DNA of 64,000 bases, taken from a virus. A model generated the notes under the pieces. The model searched no databases and was not told the origin of the DNA. It saw only the letters and a list, made by a program, of their open reading frames with translations. The stretch lies in UHGV virus genome UHGV-0125199, one strand, 5' to 3'. Positions within the stretch are counted from its first letter, which is position 1. Each line of letters starts with the position of its first letter. This document shows positions 1 through 9,824 of this stretch, one piece after another. A program made the translations under genes and the position numbers.

Positions 1-102
1 AACTTTACCCGTATCTATTTTTTCAAATGATTTGATTGTAAATACTCCTCCTACAACCGCTGCAGTTAAAACAATTCCTACTACTAATCCTTCTTTACTC
101 AT
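1..102 (-). CDS. small membrane protein, N-terminal part only; the gene runs off the window start
   Basis: ATG at 100-102 on the minus strand overlaps the stop of the upstream peptide (ATGAGTAA). Translation MSKEGLVVGIVLTAAVVGGVFTIKSFEKIDTGKV contains one TM helix. Confidence 0.4.
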   Translation of the reverse strand, partial: MSKEGLVVGIVLTAAVVGGVFTIKSFEKIDTGKV

Positions 103-262
103 GTTTTTCTTTCTCCTTCTCGTTTGTTTTTTCTTTATTAATATCCTTGTCCAGTTTTACATCATCTCTTTTCATTGCATTCACAACTTTATTTCCGATG
201 TAAATTACCAACAAGGTAGCAACCGCAAATCCCATTGCTGCAAGTAAAAATACTACCCACAT
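95..262 (-). CDS. 55-aa single-TM membrane peptide (holin-like?)
   Basis: Hand-translated ORF MWVVFLLAAMGFAVATLLVIYIGNKVVNAMKRDDVKLDKD... It falls below the ORF-track size cutoff and overlaps the next gene's start. Confidence 0.4.
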   Translation of the reverse strand: MWVVFLLAAMGFAVATLLVIYIGNKVVNAMKRDDVKLDKDINKEKTNEKEKEKHE

Positions 263-333
263 TTTCTATTCTCCTTTTATCTATATGTTTTATAATATAT
301 ATAACAAAAATTATTCAAAAAATAATAAGGTTA

Positions 334-747
334 TCATAATTCCGAAAAATCAAAGTGCTCACCGCAGCTACACTCAACTGTTCCAAACACTCCAATTGAT
401 GTTGGCGTAAATTTATATGTATAGCTTCCGCCAATTGTCCCACTATATCTCATCTTTTTAGAAGATTTTGTAATTCCATGAACTTTTCCTTCGTGTTCAT
501 TCTTCCATTTCTTAATTCTCTCATTTTCAATCTTTGTAATTGGAAATCCACGCCGAAGATCTTCTCTCATATTATCTAACTGTTGATTCATCTTCTGAAT
601 TTCTTCATCTTTGCTATATTCGTCCGTTAGTCTTTTATTCTCTTTTACAAGACGGTCAATGCGCATATCTTTGTTTTTACATTCATCCATAATAAAATCA
701 ACTGCGTCATGAACTGTCCTACACGTTTTCTCTGATCTCACCAGCAT
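334..747 (-). CDS. hypothetical coiled-coil protein with C-terminal Cys motif
   Basis: ORF track; Lys/Glu-rich, ends CSCGEHFDF. Confidence 0.5.
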   Translation of the reverse strand: MLVRSEKTCRTVHDAVDFIMDECKNKDMRIDRLVKENKRLTDEYSKDEEIQKMNQQLDNMREDLRRGFPITKIENERIKKWKNEHEGKVHGITKSSKKMRYSGTIGGSYTYKFTPTSIGVFGTVECSCGEHFDFSEL

Positions 748-749
748 AA

Positions 750-1094
750 TTAATCCTCTTTTTTCTTATTCTCTTCTTGATTCACTCCAACATTCGCTAT
801 TTTATAAAGAATATCGTATAACCATTCACGAAAACTACACTTTCGTGATTCAAATTTATCAGCTATGAAACAAAGTAATATAATTACAAATATAATTACA
901 GGTGAAAACCATCCGCATAAACATATACATAATAAATCTCTTACATTAAAATAGTCCTTTAAATCTTCTTTGTTATATTCACTTTTCCTTAAAGTACTAA
1001 GAAGCAAAAACAGCCATGAAAGAAAACCTACAAAAATCCACGATGCAATAATAAAAATAATTACCACCTCCGTTCTGCTACGATATAAAACCAA
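750..1094 (-). CDS. membrane protein with two TM helices (holin-like?)
   Basis: Hydrophobic stretches VVIIFIIASWIFVGFLSWLFLLL and LLCICLCGWFSPVIIFVIILLCFIA. Confidence 0.45.
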   Translation of the reverse strand: MVLYRSRTEVVIIFIIASWIFVGFLSWLFLLLSTLRKSEYNKEDLKDYFNVRDLLCICLCGWFSPVIIFVIILLCFIADKFESRKCSFREWLYDILYKIANVGVNQEENKKKED

Positions 1095-1097
1095 GAT

Positions 1098-1340
1098 TTA
1101 ATTTATATTAATAAACGATTCTCCATTTTGATTCATAATACTGATAGTATGACTTCCTTTTAATAGTCGCATGATACTAGCAATTTCTTTTTCACATTTA
1201 GGGCATAAATCTTTTTGCTTAGAATTAGTTGTTACAGTTTGAAAAGATCCAACGGATAGTTCCGGCAACACATAATCAGGCGTATGTTCACACTCTTTAC
1301 CGCATAGATCACAATAGTATTTTTCTTCAACTTTTTTCAT
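1098..1340 (-). CDS. zinc-ribbon protein
   Basis: CDLCGKEC ... CPKCEKE, two Cys pairs. Confidence 0.45.
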   Translation of the reverse strand: MKKVEEKYYCDLCGKECEHTPDYVLPELSVGSFQTVTTNSKQKDLCPKCEKEIASIMRLLKGSHTISIMNQNGESFININ

Positions 1341-1343
1341 AAT

Positions 1344-1544
1344 TTAATTCTCCATTTCTTCAAGTATTTCTCTTATCTCTTTATTTTGTTCTTGTCTTAA
1401 TTTCGATTTAAACATTCTTCGGTTTTTCTTTTTCATTTTAGACCATCCATTATGATTATTCGCCCAACATGCATACCGTTTGCTAAACCACGACTGACCA
1501 TATTCTGAAAACTGTCTTCGAGAGACTTCATTCGACTTCTTCAT
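1344..1544 (-). CDS. hypothetical small basic protein
   Basis: ORF track, co-directional packing. Confidence 0.35.
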   Translation of the reverse strand: MKKSNEVSRRQFSEYGQSWFSKRYACWANNHNGWSKMKKKNRRMFKSKLRQEQNKEIREILEEMEN

Positions 1545-1554
1545 TTATTCTCCC

Positions 1555-2310
1555 TTACAATTCAATATAATTCCATCTTTTCTTATCTTCATATTTCCAC
1601 TGGATCTGTCCTTGGTAAATTCTGGTTTCTATATTCTCTACATTATCCATACCAAGGATAAATTCTCTATAAGAATCAATATCTCTCTCGGATAAACCAT
1701 GAATTGCTTTAAAAATGTCTAAATTCTTACAAATATGCTCTACTGACCATTCATAATCCGTTAACGATAATTGTCTTTTAAACTCTTTTACATTTTTGTC
1801 TACTTCGGATTTTGCTTCTTCATATGTAAAATAGACTTTATCAGGACGAATTGAAACATGATCAATATGATGCTGCCACATAGGATATTTCTTTAAAATT
1901 CTATATCCTTCTTTAGTAATATCTTCTCCAATAACACCATGAAAAATCGTATTGTCTTTCACTAAAATTCCTTTATCGTATGCATGTTTTATATTTTCAG
2001 GATTTTCAATATCAATAAGACCAAACTCTTTTTCTTCTTCTGTTAGATCAGAATATGTCATTTCAAACAACTTCGTATTATACGCCCAGCCTTTCGGCAA
2101 CTTCTTGTATTTGGTTTCACTTTCAAATTCATCAATAGGAATTCCATTCACTAATCTTCTTTCTCTTAAAACAAGATAGTCGATAACAATTGCATCAGAA
2201 AACTGCTCGTCCACTATTCCATACCTTACTGTATACCCACCATTACCTTCACTATGACACCAATAAACAATATCTCCATTTTTAAATCTTTTCTCAAATC
2301 CCTGTTTCAT
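1555..2310 (-). CDS. hypothetical protein
   Basis: 251-aa ORF, no recognisable motif. Confidence 0.55.
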   Translation of the reverse strand: MKQGFEKRFKNGDIVYWCHSEGNGGYTVRYGIVDEQFSDAIVIDYLVLRERRLVNGIPIDEFESETKYKKLPKGWAYNTKLFEMTYSDLTEEEKEFGLIDIENPENIKHAYDKGILVKDNTIFHGVIGEDITKEGYRILKKYPMWQHHIDHVSIRPDKVYFTYEEAKSEVDKNVKEFKRQLSLTDYEWSVEHICKNLDIFKAIHGLSERDIDSYREFILGMDNVENIETRIYQGQIQWKYEDKKRWNYIEL

Positions 2311-2324
2311 ATTTTACTTTTCTC

Positions 2325-2867
2325 CTACAAAATTCTGTCCAATTCATCATCTGAAGCTACAATTCTTTCCACTTCATATCCGAGATTGTTTAGAAGCATT
2401 ATCCAATCCCAATTAGACAATCCATGTCCACATATATCGAAATCATCTCCATATCTTAAAACGCTGAAACTATCTGATTCATTTGTAATAACTCTGATCT
2501 TCTTCGATTTATCACCATATTTTTTATGATATCCTTTTAAAACATCCTTGCATTCTTGAATTACTCCTTCCATAAATTCAATATCACCTTCAACGCTTTC
2601 CATTGCTTCCGAAAGTATATAATTAAAATCGTTTGAAGAACATTTTCCAGCTAATGAATTGTCGCTGCTTCTGGTTTCCATATAATAAGAATCATCTTTT
2701 AACTTTTTAATATCAATGGTATATCCGATAAATTTTGCAATAAAATGATCATCATTTTTTAAATCTTCATTTACAAGTTTCACTTCTTCATTTTTAAACT
2801 TTGCAATGGCTTCTCTCATCTGCACACACCTACTTTCTAAAAAACTTATAAGGATCTCCAATTCCAC
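2325..2867 (-). CDS. hypothetical protein
   Basis: ORF track. Confidence 0.5.
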   Translation of the reverse strand: MELEILISFLESRCVQMREAIAKFKNEEVKLVNEDLKNDDHFIAKFIGYTIDIKKLKDDSYYMETRSSDNSLAGKCSSNDFNYILSEAMESVEGDIEFMEGVIQECKDVLKGYHKKYGDKSKKIRVITNESDSFSVLRYGDDFDICGHGLSNWDWIMLLNNLGYEVERIVASDDELDRIL

Positions 2868-3123
2868 ATGACTTTACAATCTCAATAGCAATATCAGCCG
2901 GAATATAAACAGCTTCATCAGATGAATTGTCTCCGCAAATATATTCTCCATTTAATGCTGCGTATAATCGTAATTGATCAATAACCATATCCATATCAAA
3001 AGCTACCGGCTGTTTATCAATCAAATCGTCAATGTATCCAACTCCAACTTGACCAGGAGAAAATCCTGTTTCTTTTGCAAACTGTTTTGCTAGTTTTTGC
3101 TTATCAATAAATTCTGTACTCAT
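2830..3123 (-). CDS. hypothetical protein
   Basis: ORF track; overlaps neighbour by 38 nt. Confidence 0.4.
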   Translation of the reverse strand: MSTEFIDKQKLAKQFAKETGFSPGQVGVGYIDDLIDKQPVAFDMDMVIDQLRLYAALNGEYICGDNSSDEAVYIPADIAIEIVKSCGIGDPYKFFRK

Positions 3124-3129
3124 ACTTTA

Positions 3130-3558
3130 TTATCTTTCTCTGTATTCCAAGTTATCTATTTCTAAACTGCTAATATATTCCATTAAAATATTTTTAGCAG
3201 TTGCTTCATCAAAAATAATATTTCTCGTTGGAATTTCTCCAGCAATAAAAACCGTCGGTTTAGATGATACTAGAGCATTCATTTTATAAGCAATGGGTTC
3301 AATAGGGGCTTTTCTAAATATAGAACGAAAACCCATATAGTCATTGGTATATGCTTCACAATCAAAAGCTAATCCTGTATAAACTTCGTCCCATTCAAAA
3401 TCATTTTCATTAAATAGGCATGTGTCTTCTATATATAAGTAGTCATCATCGCTTATTGCACAGTATTTTTTAGCAGCATTCAAATTTGTGAATACCCCTT
3501 CTACTGAATAATCATCTCCACCCTTAGTTCCACTTGTAACCATATACACATTCTTCAT
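3130..3558 (-). CDS. hypothetical protein
   Basis: ORF track. Confidence 0.5.
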   Translation of the reverse strand: MKNVYMVTSGTKGGDDYSVEGVFTNLNAAKKYCAISDDDYLYIEDTCLFNENDFEWDEVYTGLAFDCEAYTNDYMGFRSIFRKAPIEPIAYKMNALVSSKPTVFIAGEIPTRNIIFDEATAKNILMEYISSLEIDNLEYRER

Positions 3559-3590
3559 TTTTATTCTCCCAATGAAAGTTCTCTTTCAAA

Positions 3591-3872
3591 TTATTTCTCC
3601 ACAACTACATTATTATCTTTAGGATTATTTGCAATGTGCAATTCTGCATAAACTTCATAGACATCCGACTTAAAGAATGAGTTGCTGTAAACAAGTCCAT
3701 CTAATAAATTCACCGCACAATTTTCTCCGATATCTGAAAGTTTCATATAGTAAGTTTCTCTGAAGCAAAATACATGTCCTGATTTAATATTCATTACATT
3801 TGTCATCATTTTCTTATTCGATACAATTTTCATATAATCAGTCATCCTTCCTATTTTTATAAATGACACCAT
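3591..3872 (-). CDS. hypothetical protein
   Basis: ORF track. Confidence 0.4.
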   Translation of the reverse strand: MVSFIKIGRMTDYMKIVSNKKMMTNVMNIKSGHVFCFRETYYMKLSDIGENCAVNLLDGLVYSNSFFKSDVYEVYAELHIANNPKDNNVVVEK

Positions 3873-4001
3873 TTATTTACTAAGTCCGCCTGCTTTTCTG
3901 TGAGTTCTGTAAGAAGAATCTCATTTAATAAATCAAGCTGCAATTCAGCCATCTCTCTGCAAATCTCTCCACACTCTGGCTCTGGTTTTTCGATACAATT
4001 T

Positions 4002-4304
4002 TTACATGCTCCGGTACAAATCTTCATATTTAAATCGCTCCATTTCTTTCTTCTGTTTCTGAATCTTAATTGCCTGATCACAAATAATCTCGCGTAACAT
4101 TTCAATGTCTTGTTTATGCATATCAGTAGACGTATTAGCCATTGTATTTGTTTTTATCAATGAACAAATACACTCCATACATTCTGTCATATCATCAACA
4201 GTAATATCTGATTGACATCCGTTTTCTACCATCAAATATAATTCACTCAAATTTTTGTTATATTGTCTAATTGTATCGAAATTTTCTTCAGATAATTTTC
4301 TCAT
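4002..4304 (-). CDS. hypothetical Cys-containing protein
   Basis: ORF track. The overlapping 3857..4105 ORF probably starts at an internal Met (MKICTGACKNC...). Confidence 0.4.
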   Translation of the reverse strand: MRKLSEENFDTIRQYNKNLSELYLMVENGCQSDITVDDMTECMECICSLIKTNTMANTSTDMHKQDIEMLREIICDQAIKIQKQKKEMERFKYEDLYRSM

Positions 4305-5230
4305 TATTCACACCTCGCTTTATCACACTCATGAAATCTTAATAACATGTTATATTTTTCTTTGCCAAATATGTTTTTCCATTTATTTTTAGTTTTTTCC
4401 GTGTTCCAATTAAAAGGCATCATGTGATAATTAATTAAAAAACAACAATCTAACAAAAAATCATCGGTATTATATTCTTCAAATGGATTATGTAATGTTG
4501 TTAAAACACAATACGATCCGACGTTTTCATGTCCAAAATAATGAGCAATCCCATTTTCATCAATCGTCTGTGTGCACAATTTACCAAAATCATGTATTTT
4601 TGCACCAAGAAGAAAACCGCTTTTATATACATCATAAGGATGAGCCAAATCTGAAAACTTGTTATATGTAAAATCACAATGGTCTTCTAAATACATATTG
4701 TGGTGCGGATTTTTTTGATCAAATCCTGTCATTGATATCATAACTGCATTTGGAAGGATTTTTTCAGCATATGAATATCCCATATCATGAATAATAATTT
4801 CACTAAATCCTTCTTCTTTAAAAGGAATTTGAAATCTTCTTAACTGCTTTTCGAGTACATATTCTGGTACTGTATGTTCTCTATTCTTATTATCTTTAAC
4901 ACAATCTTTGTATTTCTTAGGTACAATATAACAAATCTTCTCAACATCCAATTTTTTCACGTGCTCAACAATCGCGCGTCGTGACTTTATCGTGATATTC
5001 GTTGCATCTGCAATTACATTTTTATTCTTATTTAATGATTCTCTTATTCTCTTATTAAAAATATTAAACACTTTTTCATTATCAGATTGATTTTGGCATG
5101 ATCCAAATAATTCTTCTCTAATTGCATCTGAAGATACAATCTCTGCATTATATTTGATAGCTAAATCTTTTGCAATGCTGGACTTTCCGCTTCCAGAAAG
5201 TCCACACATAATAAATAATTTTGGCTTCAT
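4304..5230 (-). CDS. polynucleotide-kinase-like P-loop kinase fused to an HD phosphohydrolase domain (RNA end-healing enzyme candidate)
   Basis: N-terminus MCGLSGSGKSSIAKDL is a Walker A motif with T4 Pnk-like context. C-terminus carries HD-domain His/Asp motifs (AKIHDFGK, GHENVG). The start abuts the RNA ligase stop. Confidence 0.6.
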   Translation of the reverse strand: MKPKLFIMCGLSGSGKSSIAKDLAIKYNAEIVSSDAIREELFGSCQNQSDNEKVFNIFNKRIRESLNKNKNVIADATNITIKSRRAIVEHVKKLDVEKICYIVPKKYKDCVKDNKNREHTVPEYVLEKQLRRFQIPFKEEGFSEIIIHDMGYSYAEKILPNAVMISMTGFDQKNPHHNMYLEDHCDFTYNKFSDLAHPYDVYKSGFLLGAKIHDFGKLCTQTIDENGIAHYFGHENVGSYCVLTTLHNPFEEYNTDDFLLDCCFLINYHMMPFNWNTEKTKNKWKNIFGKEKYNMLLRFHECDKARCE

Positions 5231-6535
5231 TTACATTGCTTCCTCCATCAGTTCTTCAGCCTCTTCCATATCCGGAACATCTGAAGTATCTTTAATAATT
5301 GATTCAATTACCTTAAACTCAAACACTTTGTCCTTATAAGCTGTAAATGATTCTCTATTGTCAATACGTACAACCACACCTTCAGCAATGTGCGTTCTTC
5401 CAATTTCGTCTGCCGGCATACCAGATAAATATTTATTCACTCTTTCCATTAGATCTTCTTTTGTTGTATAAATAAATTTTTCTAATTCTGGAACATATTT
5501 TACACCAAGTTTATCACACCAAATTTTAACCACTTCCCAAGGAACTTCCATTACTGTTCCATCACCGGTTGTCATAGTCATACGATAAACATACATCTCA
5601 GATTCTCCTGGCTGACAACCATAAGAAAATGTTGTCTCTTTCCCAAACTTCTTTGTAAACTCTTTATCTTTGACTTTTGAATTTGATGCAGAACCCATAA
5701 TTGGTGTAGTCTCATTTACATATCCTACAATTTCGTAAAACACTTCACATCCTTCAGGTAATTTATCCTTTAATAAATCATGATATTTTTTTCTGAATGC
5801 ATTATCAGAATAATATCCATCTGTGCTATTCAAATCTTTAATTACAACTCTTCTACTTCCAGACACAACAGAAATTTCTTTTGTCTGTTTCTGTTTCATA
5901 TGTAATAATTCTCTCAATTTATTGTTCTTCTTTGTGATTTTTAATGTCTTAGCAGTACGAGCAGAAGTTCCATGAAGCTTACGTGTAATATAGATCGTAT
6001 CGCCAGGCTTAAAAGAATTTAAATTATATGCAAGCTGCGCAGTATCTTTATGTTCTTCAAAAAATGGATAGGAAATATTTTCTTTATACTTCTCTTTCTT
6101 TTTATTAGAGTTAATATTACTCCTTTTATTTCCTCTTGGAATATACTTTTTACAAATCTCATGTCCTCCAAGAACTGTAATTTGATCTCCATCTTTCAGT
6201 TTATTAATATCAGTATATTTCGAAAGTGTATCAATTGGTAAAATCAGTCCTTCAGATTTTTCACCTCTTAATCTGATTGCGGTTACATTTCTCTTATTTG
6301 GATCCATATAACCACCAACGTTATTACCGTTTTCATCCTTTGCTCTCACAAGTTTGTTGTCATTTGCATACTCTTCAGAAAGCTGTCCATCAGACGGAAA
6401 GAATACAACCCTCTGTCCATCTTTATAACTCAAATCCACAATTACATTCTGTCCGAATACCTCTACACACTGTAAACGGTCAGCATTGCTATGTTTTCTT
6501 AATCCTTTAAGTGTTGTAATATATCCACAATACAT
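5231..6535 (-). CDS. ATP-dependent RNA ligase (KxHG nucleotidyltransferase motif, Rnl2/Rnl5-like) with N-terminal OB/tRNA-binding-like domain
   Basis: ITRKLHGTSAR matches the lysine-adenylylation motif I (KxHG) of T4 Rnl2-type ligases. EVFYEIVGY resembles motif IV. N-terminal GEKSEGLILPID resembles tRNA-binding OB folds. Confidence 0.55.
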   Translation of the reverse strand: MYCGYITTLKGLRKHSNADRLQCVEVFGQNVIVDLSYKDGQRVVFFPSDGQLSEEYANDNKLVRAKDENGNNVGGYMDPNKRNVTAIRLRGEKSEGLILPIDTLSKYTDINKLKDGDQITVLGGHEICKKYIPRGNKRSNINSNKKKEKYKENISYPFFEEHKDTAQLAYNLNSFKPGDTIYITRKLHGTSARTAKTLKITKKNNKLRELLHMKQKQTKEISVVSGSRRVVIKDLNSTDGYYSDNAFRKKYHDLLKDKLPEGCEVFYEIVGYVNETTPIMGSASNSKVKDKEFTKKFGKETTFSYGCQPGESEMYVYRMTMTTGDGTVMEVPWEVVKIWCDKLGVKYVPELEKFIYTTKEDLMERVNKYLSGMPADEIGRTHIAEGVVVRIDNRESFTAYKDKVFEFKVIESIIKDTSDVPDMEEAEELMEEAM

Positions 6536-6540
6536 AATTA

Positions 6541-7092
6541 CTATTCCTCTCTTTCATATTCGTCTACTTCTCTACATATCTCCCTATAATAATCAGATGT
6601 TCCATTTTCATATTTATCTCCATCATCTACATCTTTACAATATGGACATATATATCCTTCTCCGTTTTTAATAAGGATATCTGTTCGCATTAGCATCCCG
6701 CATTTATCACACACATCTACATCTTCAAATTCAACATCAAGTTCTCTTTTGATAATATCAATCTTATATCCTAGGATGAATTCTTTCTCAATTAAAACCC
6801 CAATTATTTCTGAATCAAAAATATCTGAATCATACCATTCCAGTGAATTTCTATAATCAAATAATTTCTTATTATCTGTGTCAATACAAGCTTTTCCAAA
6901 AGCTGCATACCACGAGCACGTTCCCGTCACATACTCAATTCCTTCGTCTGCAAAGTCATACGGTGATATTCCAGTAATTCGAATAAGTTGATATAAAAAT
7001 TCATTCAAAAAATCATCTGTGATCAAAATTTTAATATCTGATGGAATTGTATATTCAATATGTACACTATCTACACTTCTTACTATTGGCAT
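6541..7092 (-). CDS. hypothetical protein with zinc ribbon
   Basis: CDKCG...CPYCKD motifs. Confidence 0.5.
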   Translation of the reverse strand: MPIVRSVDSVHIEYTIPSDIKILITDDFLNEFLYQLIRITGISPYDFADEGIEYVTGTCSWYAAFGKACIDTDNKKLFDYRNSLEWYDSDIFDSEIIGVLIEKEFILGYKIDIIKRELDVEFEDVDVCDKCGMLMRTDILIKNGEGYICPYCKDVDDGDKYENGTSDYYREICREVDEYEREE

Positions 7093-7110
7093 AAATTGAT
7101 TCTCCTTATC

Positions 7111-7626
7111 TCAACATCTCGCATATTCATCTACAAATTTCTTCATTACTCTCGAAACATGTGGCTGAGAACATCCGGCAATTTTCATTATTTCCACTTG
7201 TTTATATCCTTGTAAAAATAATGAGATGATAGGTTTATGTTTTTCTTTCATTTTATTAAATGCATTTCGAATAGCAACTTTATGAATACAATCGTTTTCA
7301 ACATTTTGATCCGATTGAATTTTATCAATAAATTCTACCTTGTTTCCGGATTCATTCTCGTACTCTGTGTTATAATATAGAATCTCATTTTTTGGAATTG
7401 TCCTTTGACGTAACTCTTTTTTCTTTTCGCTATACACTTCATTAAACATACATTTGAATGCATATGTAGAAAATTTGGACGTTCCTTCATTAAATGTTTT
7501 CGCTGCTTTACACATTCCAATTGCAGCCAAATCATACCAATCTTCCATATTTAATTTTTCTTTTTGTAAAAATCTATAGATCAAATTATGATTGTCAGTT
7601 ACTAACTGCCTCTGATAATCTGTCAA
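7111..7626 (-). CDS. sigma-70 family (ECF-like) phage sigma factor
   Basis: FSTYAFKCMFNEV is region-2-like. The C-terminal HTH LFLQGYKQVEIMKIAGCSQPHVSRVM is region-4-like. Confidence 0.6.
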   Translation of the reverse strand: MTDYQRQLVTDNHNLIYRFLQKEKLNMEDWYDLAAIGMCKAAKTFNEGTSKFSTYAFKCMFNEVYSEKKKELRQRTIPKNEILYYNTEYENESGNKVEFIDKIQSDQNVENDCIHKVAIRNAFNKMKEKHKPIISLFLQGYKQVEIMKIAGCSQPHVSRVMKKFVDEYARC

Positions 7627-7738
7627 TTTATCACCTCATTTATAACAAAATTTTTAAATAAGATATTTATCTCCTTTTAATTCACTCATTTTCACTATAC
7701 AATCTGTAATTTTTACAATAGTAAAAAGACATTTATTC

Positions 7739-8167
7739 TCATTGGTCAGAATTAATTAAATTACATACAAGTTCGTTTAGTTCATTCTTTTTACTTTTTG
7801 GTATGTAACACACAAATTCTGTATACATATCTAAACCTTCCTTATATCTATTAATTTCATTTTCTTCTTTACAAAAATCAATATTATGTTCATTGCATAC
7901 CTTAACTAAAACGTCCCTTAAATGATACCCATCGCAACTATCCGATCCTGTTTTCTGAATATCAATATCTTTGCTTATAACATTATCAACTTCAATGTTC
8001 GTATAACAATTATTCCCTTTTCCGTCTAAATCAGTTATGCAAACCTTATTGTTAATTAGGTTATACCATATCTTTTCGAACGTTTCACTCTTGACTAGTC
8101 TATTTTCTTCATACCTTGAAAAACTATAATATCCTACGGCTCTTACCCTTAAATTAACCAAATTCAT
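7739..8167 (-). CDS. hypothetical protein
   Basis: ORF track. Confidence 0.45.
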   Translation of the reverse strand: MNLVNLRVRAVGYYSFSRYEENRLVKSETFEKIWYNLINNKVCITDLDGKGNNCYTNIEVDNVISKDIDIQKTGSDSCDGYHLRDVLVKVCNEHNIDFCKEENEINRYKEGLDMYTEFVCYIPKSKKNELNELVCNLINSDQ

Positions 8168-8193
8168 AGTCTATATTCCTCCTATTATTGTTG

Positions 8194-8439
8194 TCAATCT
8201 ACCACCACAGTTAATCCACTCTTTATATTCTCTTCTGGTTTACTCCACTCTTCATATTCCAAGACTGTATCATCTTCTTCATAGGTGTCTCCATCCATGG
8301 AAATCAGTTTCCCATTCTTACTCGCAGCGCAACCAATGAATATGGATTTTCCGTAATATTTTTCTTTATCTTTTGGAATCTTTAATCTATATGAGATGTA
8401 ATCGTAATCTTTATTTTTAATCAGATCTTTAACTGTCAA
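8194..8439 (-). CDS. hypothetical protein
   Basis: ORF track. Confidence 0.35.
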   Translation of the reverse strand: MTVKDLIKNKDYDYISYRLKIPKDKEKYYGKSIFIGCAASKNGKLISMDGDTYEEDDTVLEYEEWSKPEENIKSGLTVVVD

Positions 8440-8770
8440 AATATTCTTTCACCTCATCGAATCCTTTATAAGTTATTCCTTCTTCAATTGGTTTTAAAAA
8501 ATCGCATAAAAATTTTAAAATTTTCTTACAGTCATCAACTGTTTCCACCTTATCCAAATTCAACTTTGGAGTATAATATGTTCTTGTATTGGACAAACCT
8601 TTTATATTCTCTTCCTCTATATCTTTGCTATGATCAAATGCTCTTAATTCTTCTTTTGATAACCATTTAATCCATGCACCACAATCACTACAATACAATC
8701 CCGTATTGTTACCCTTTTGATCAGTATATAAATCTGTGCTGCCACATTTTTTACAACAATTTTGATACAT
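8429..8770 (-). CDS. zinc-ribbon protein
   Basis: CCKKCGS...CSDCG at the N-terminus. Confidence 0.4.
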   Translation of the reverse strand: MYQNCCKKCGSTDLYTDQKGNNTGLYCSDCGAWIKWLSKEELRAFDHSKDIEEENIKGLSNTRTYYTPKLNLDKVETVDDCKKILKFLCDFLKPIEEGITYKGFDEVKEYFDS

Positions 8771-8815
8771 TTATTTTCCTCTTTTTTTTATGAAACTATT
8801 CTTTCATTCATCTTA

Positions 8816-9130
8816 TTACAAAAAAATAATATCTTCGTATTCTCCTGTATAACATGGCATGATTACTGTATTAAAAAACTTTTTATCAATCCTCTCATCA
8901 CACCACATTTTCCCGGATCTAAATCCTATGAATGATTTTGATGCTTCCACCCAGATTAATTTTGTTCCGTCTGTAAATTCTGTTCGTAATTCATATTTAC
9001 TATGAAATTTTTTAGAAACAATTTTACCACATGTTTTCTCAATTCCTGACATAATATCAATCGCTCTATAATAATCAAACTCAACAACAGCCCATTTTTT
9101 TATCAAACATTTTTTTAAATCCTGGTTCAT
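8816..9130 (-). CDS. hypothetical protein
   Basis: ORF track. Confidence 0.4.
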   Translation of the reverse strand: MNQDLKKCLIKKWAVVEFDYYRAIDIMSGIEKTCGKIVSKKFHSKYELRTEFTDGTKLIWVEASKSFIGFRSGKMWCDERIDKKFFNTVIMPCYTGEYEDIIFL

Positions 9131-9148
9131 TATCTTACTACATCTCCA

Positions 9149-9547
9149 TTACTTATTTTGGAATATCTTTGTTCCAACTCCTTCGACTTCAACTTGACAA
9201 ACTGCTTGTCTTACAAAAAATTTATCGCAGCACTTATTAAACCATTTCTCAATTTCATCAAAGTTTCCATAATCTCTCAAATCGCCAAATACTGACACAG
9301 TTGTTGAAGCCATACATGATTTATCAGGATTATGCCATATGCTCATCTCCAACGTTCCTTCTGATCCCATTGGAAGATATTTATGTTTGTCTTTTACCTC
9401 ATAATTCTCATCATATTCAATATTGCTCATACCTCTGTAATCAACTTGTTTTCCAAAGATATCAATAATTTCTTCATCTGGTATTTCGCCAATACTATTT
9501 AATCGGAAACTTGCATTCACATGTGTCCACTGACTCATAATTTTCAC
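9149..9547 (-). CDS. hypothetical protein
   Basis: ORF track. Confidence 0.45.
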   Translation of the reverse strand: MKIMSQWTHVNASFRLNSIGEIPDEEIIDIFGKQVDYRGMSNIEYDENYEVKDKHKYLPMGSEGTLEMSIWHNPDKSCMASTTVSVFGDLRDYGNFDEIEKWFNKCCDKFFVRQAVCQVEVEGVGTKIFQNK

Positions 9548-9824
9548 CTCTTAAAATTAACCTTTCATATATTTGCTCAAACAACAAGTGTCTTTTCCAA
9601 TATTTTTGTCATCATTCTGATATATAATTTTTTCCACCACGTAAGCTTTATACCCAAATAATCTTCTACAAAATCTTCTGTTCTCATGTTTCTAAATTTC
9701 AATATTAGTGAAACTTTTTCATCATTTACATTCAATCTCAATTCACCATAGTAGCTGCGCAGCTTTACTCACATGTGAACGTTTGTCCTTCCTTTTGTTT
9801 TATAATTACTGTTTAAATATTCTC

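Noticed and set aside
3857-4105. 82-aa ORF overlapping 4002..4304 by about 100 nt
   Set aside because: The long overlap is implausible. The real gene probably starts at the internal Met near 4027 (MKICTGACKNC...), so the N-terminal extension was not called.
7335-7535. 66-aa ORF inside the sigma-factor gene (same strand, other frame)
   Set aside because: It is fully nested in a gene with clear sigma motifs.
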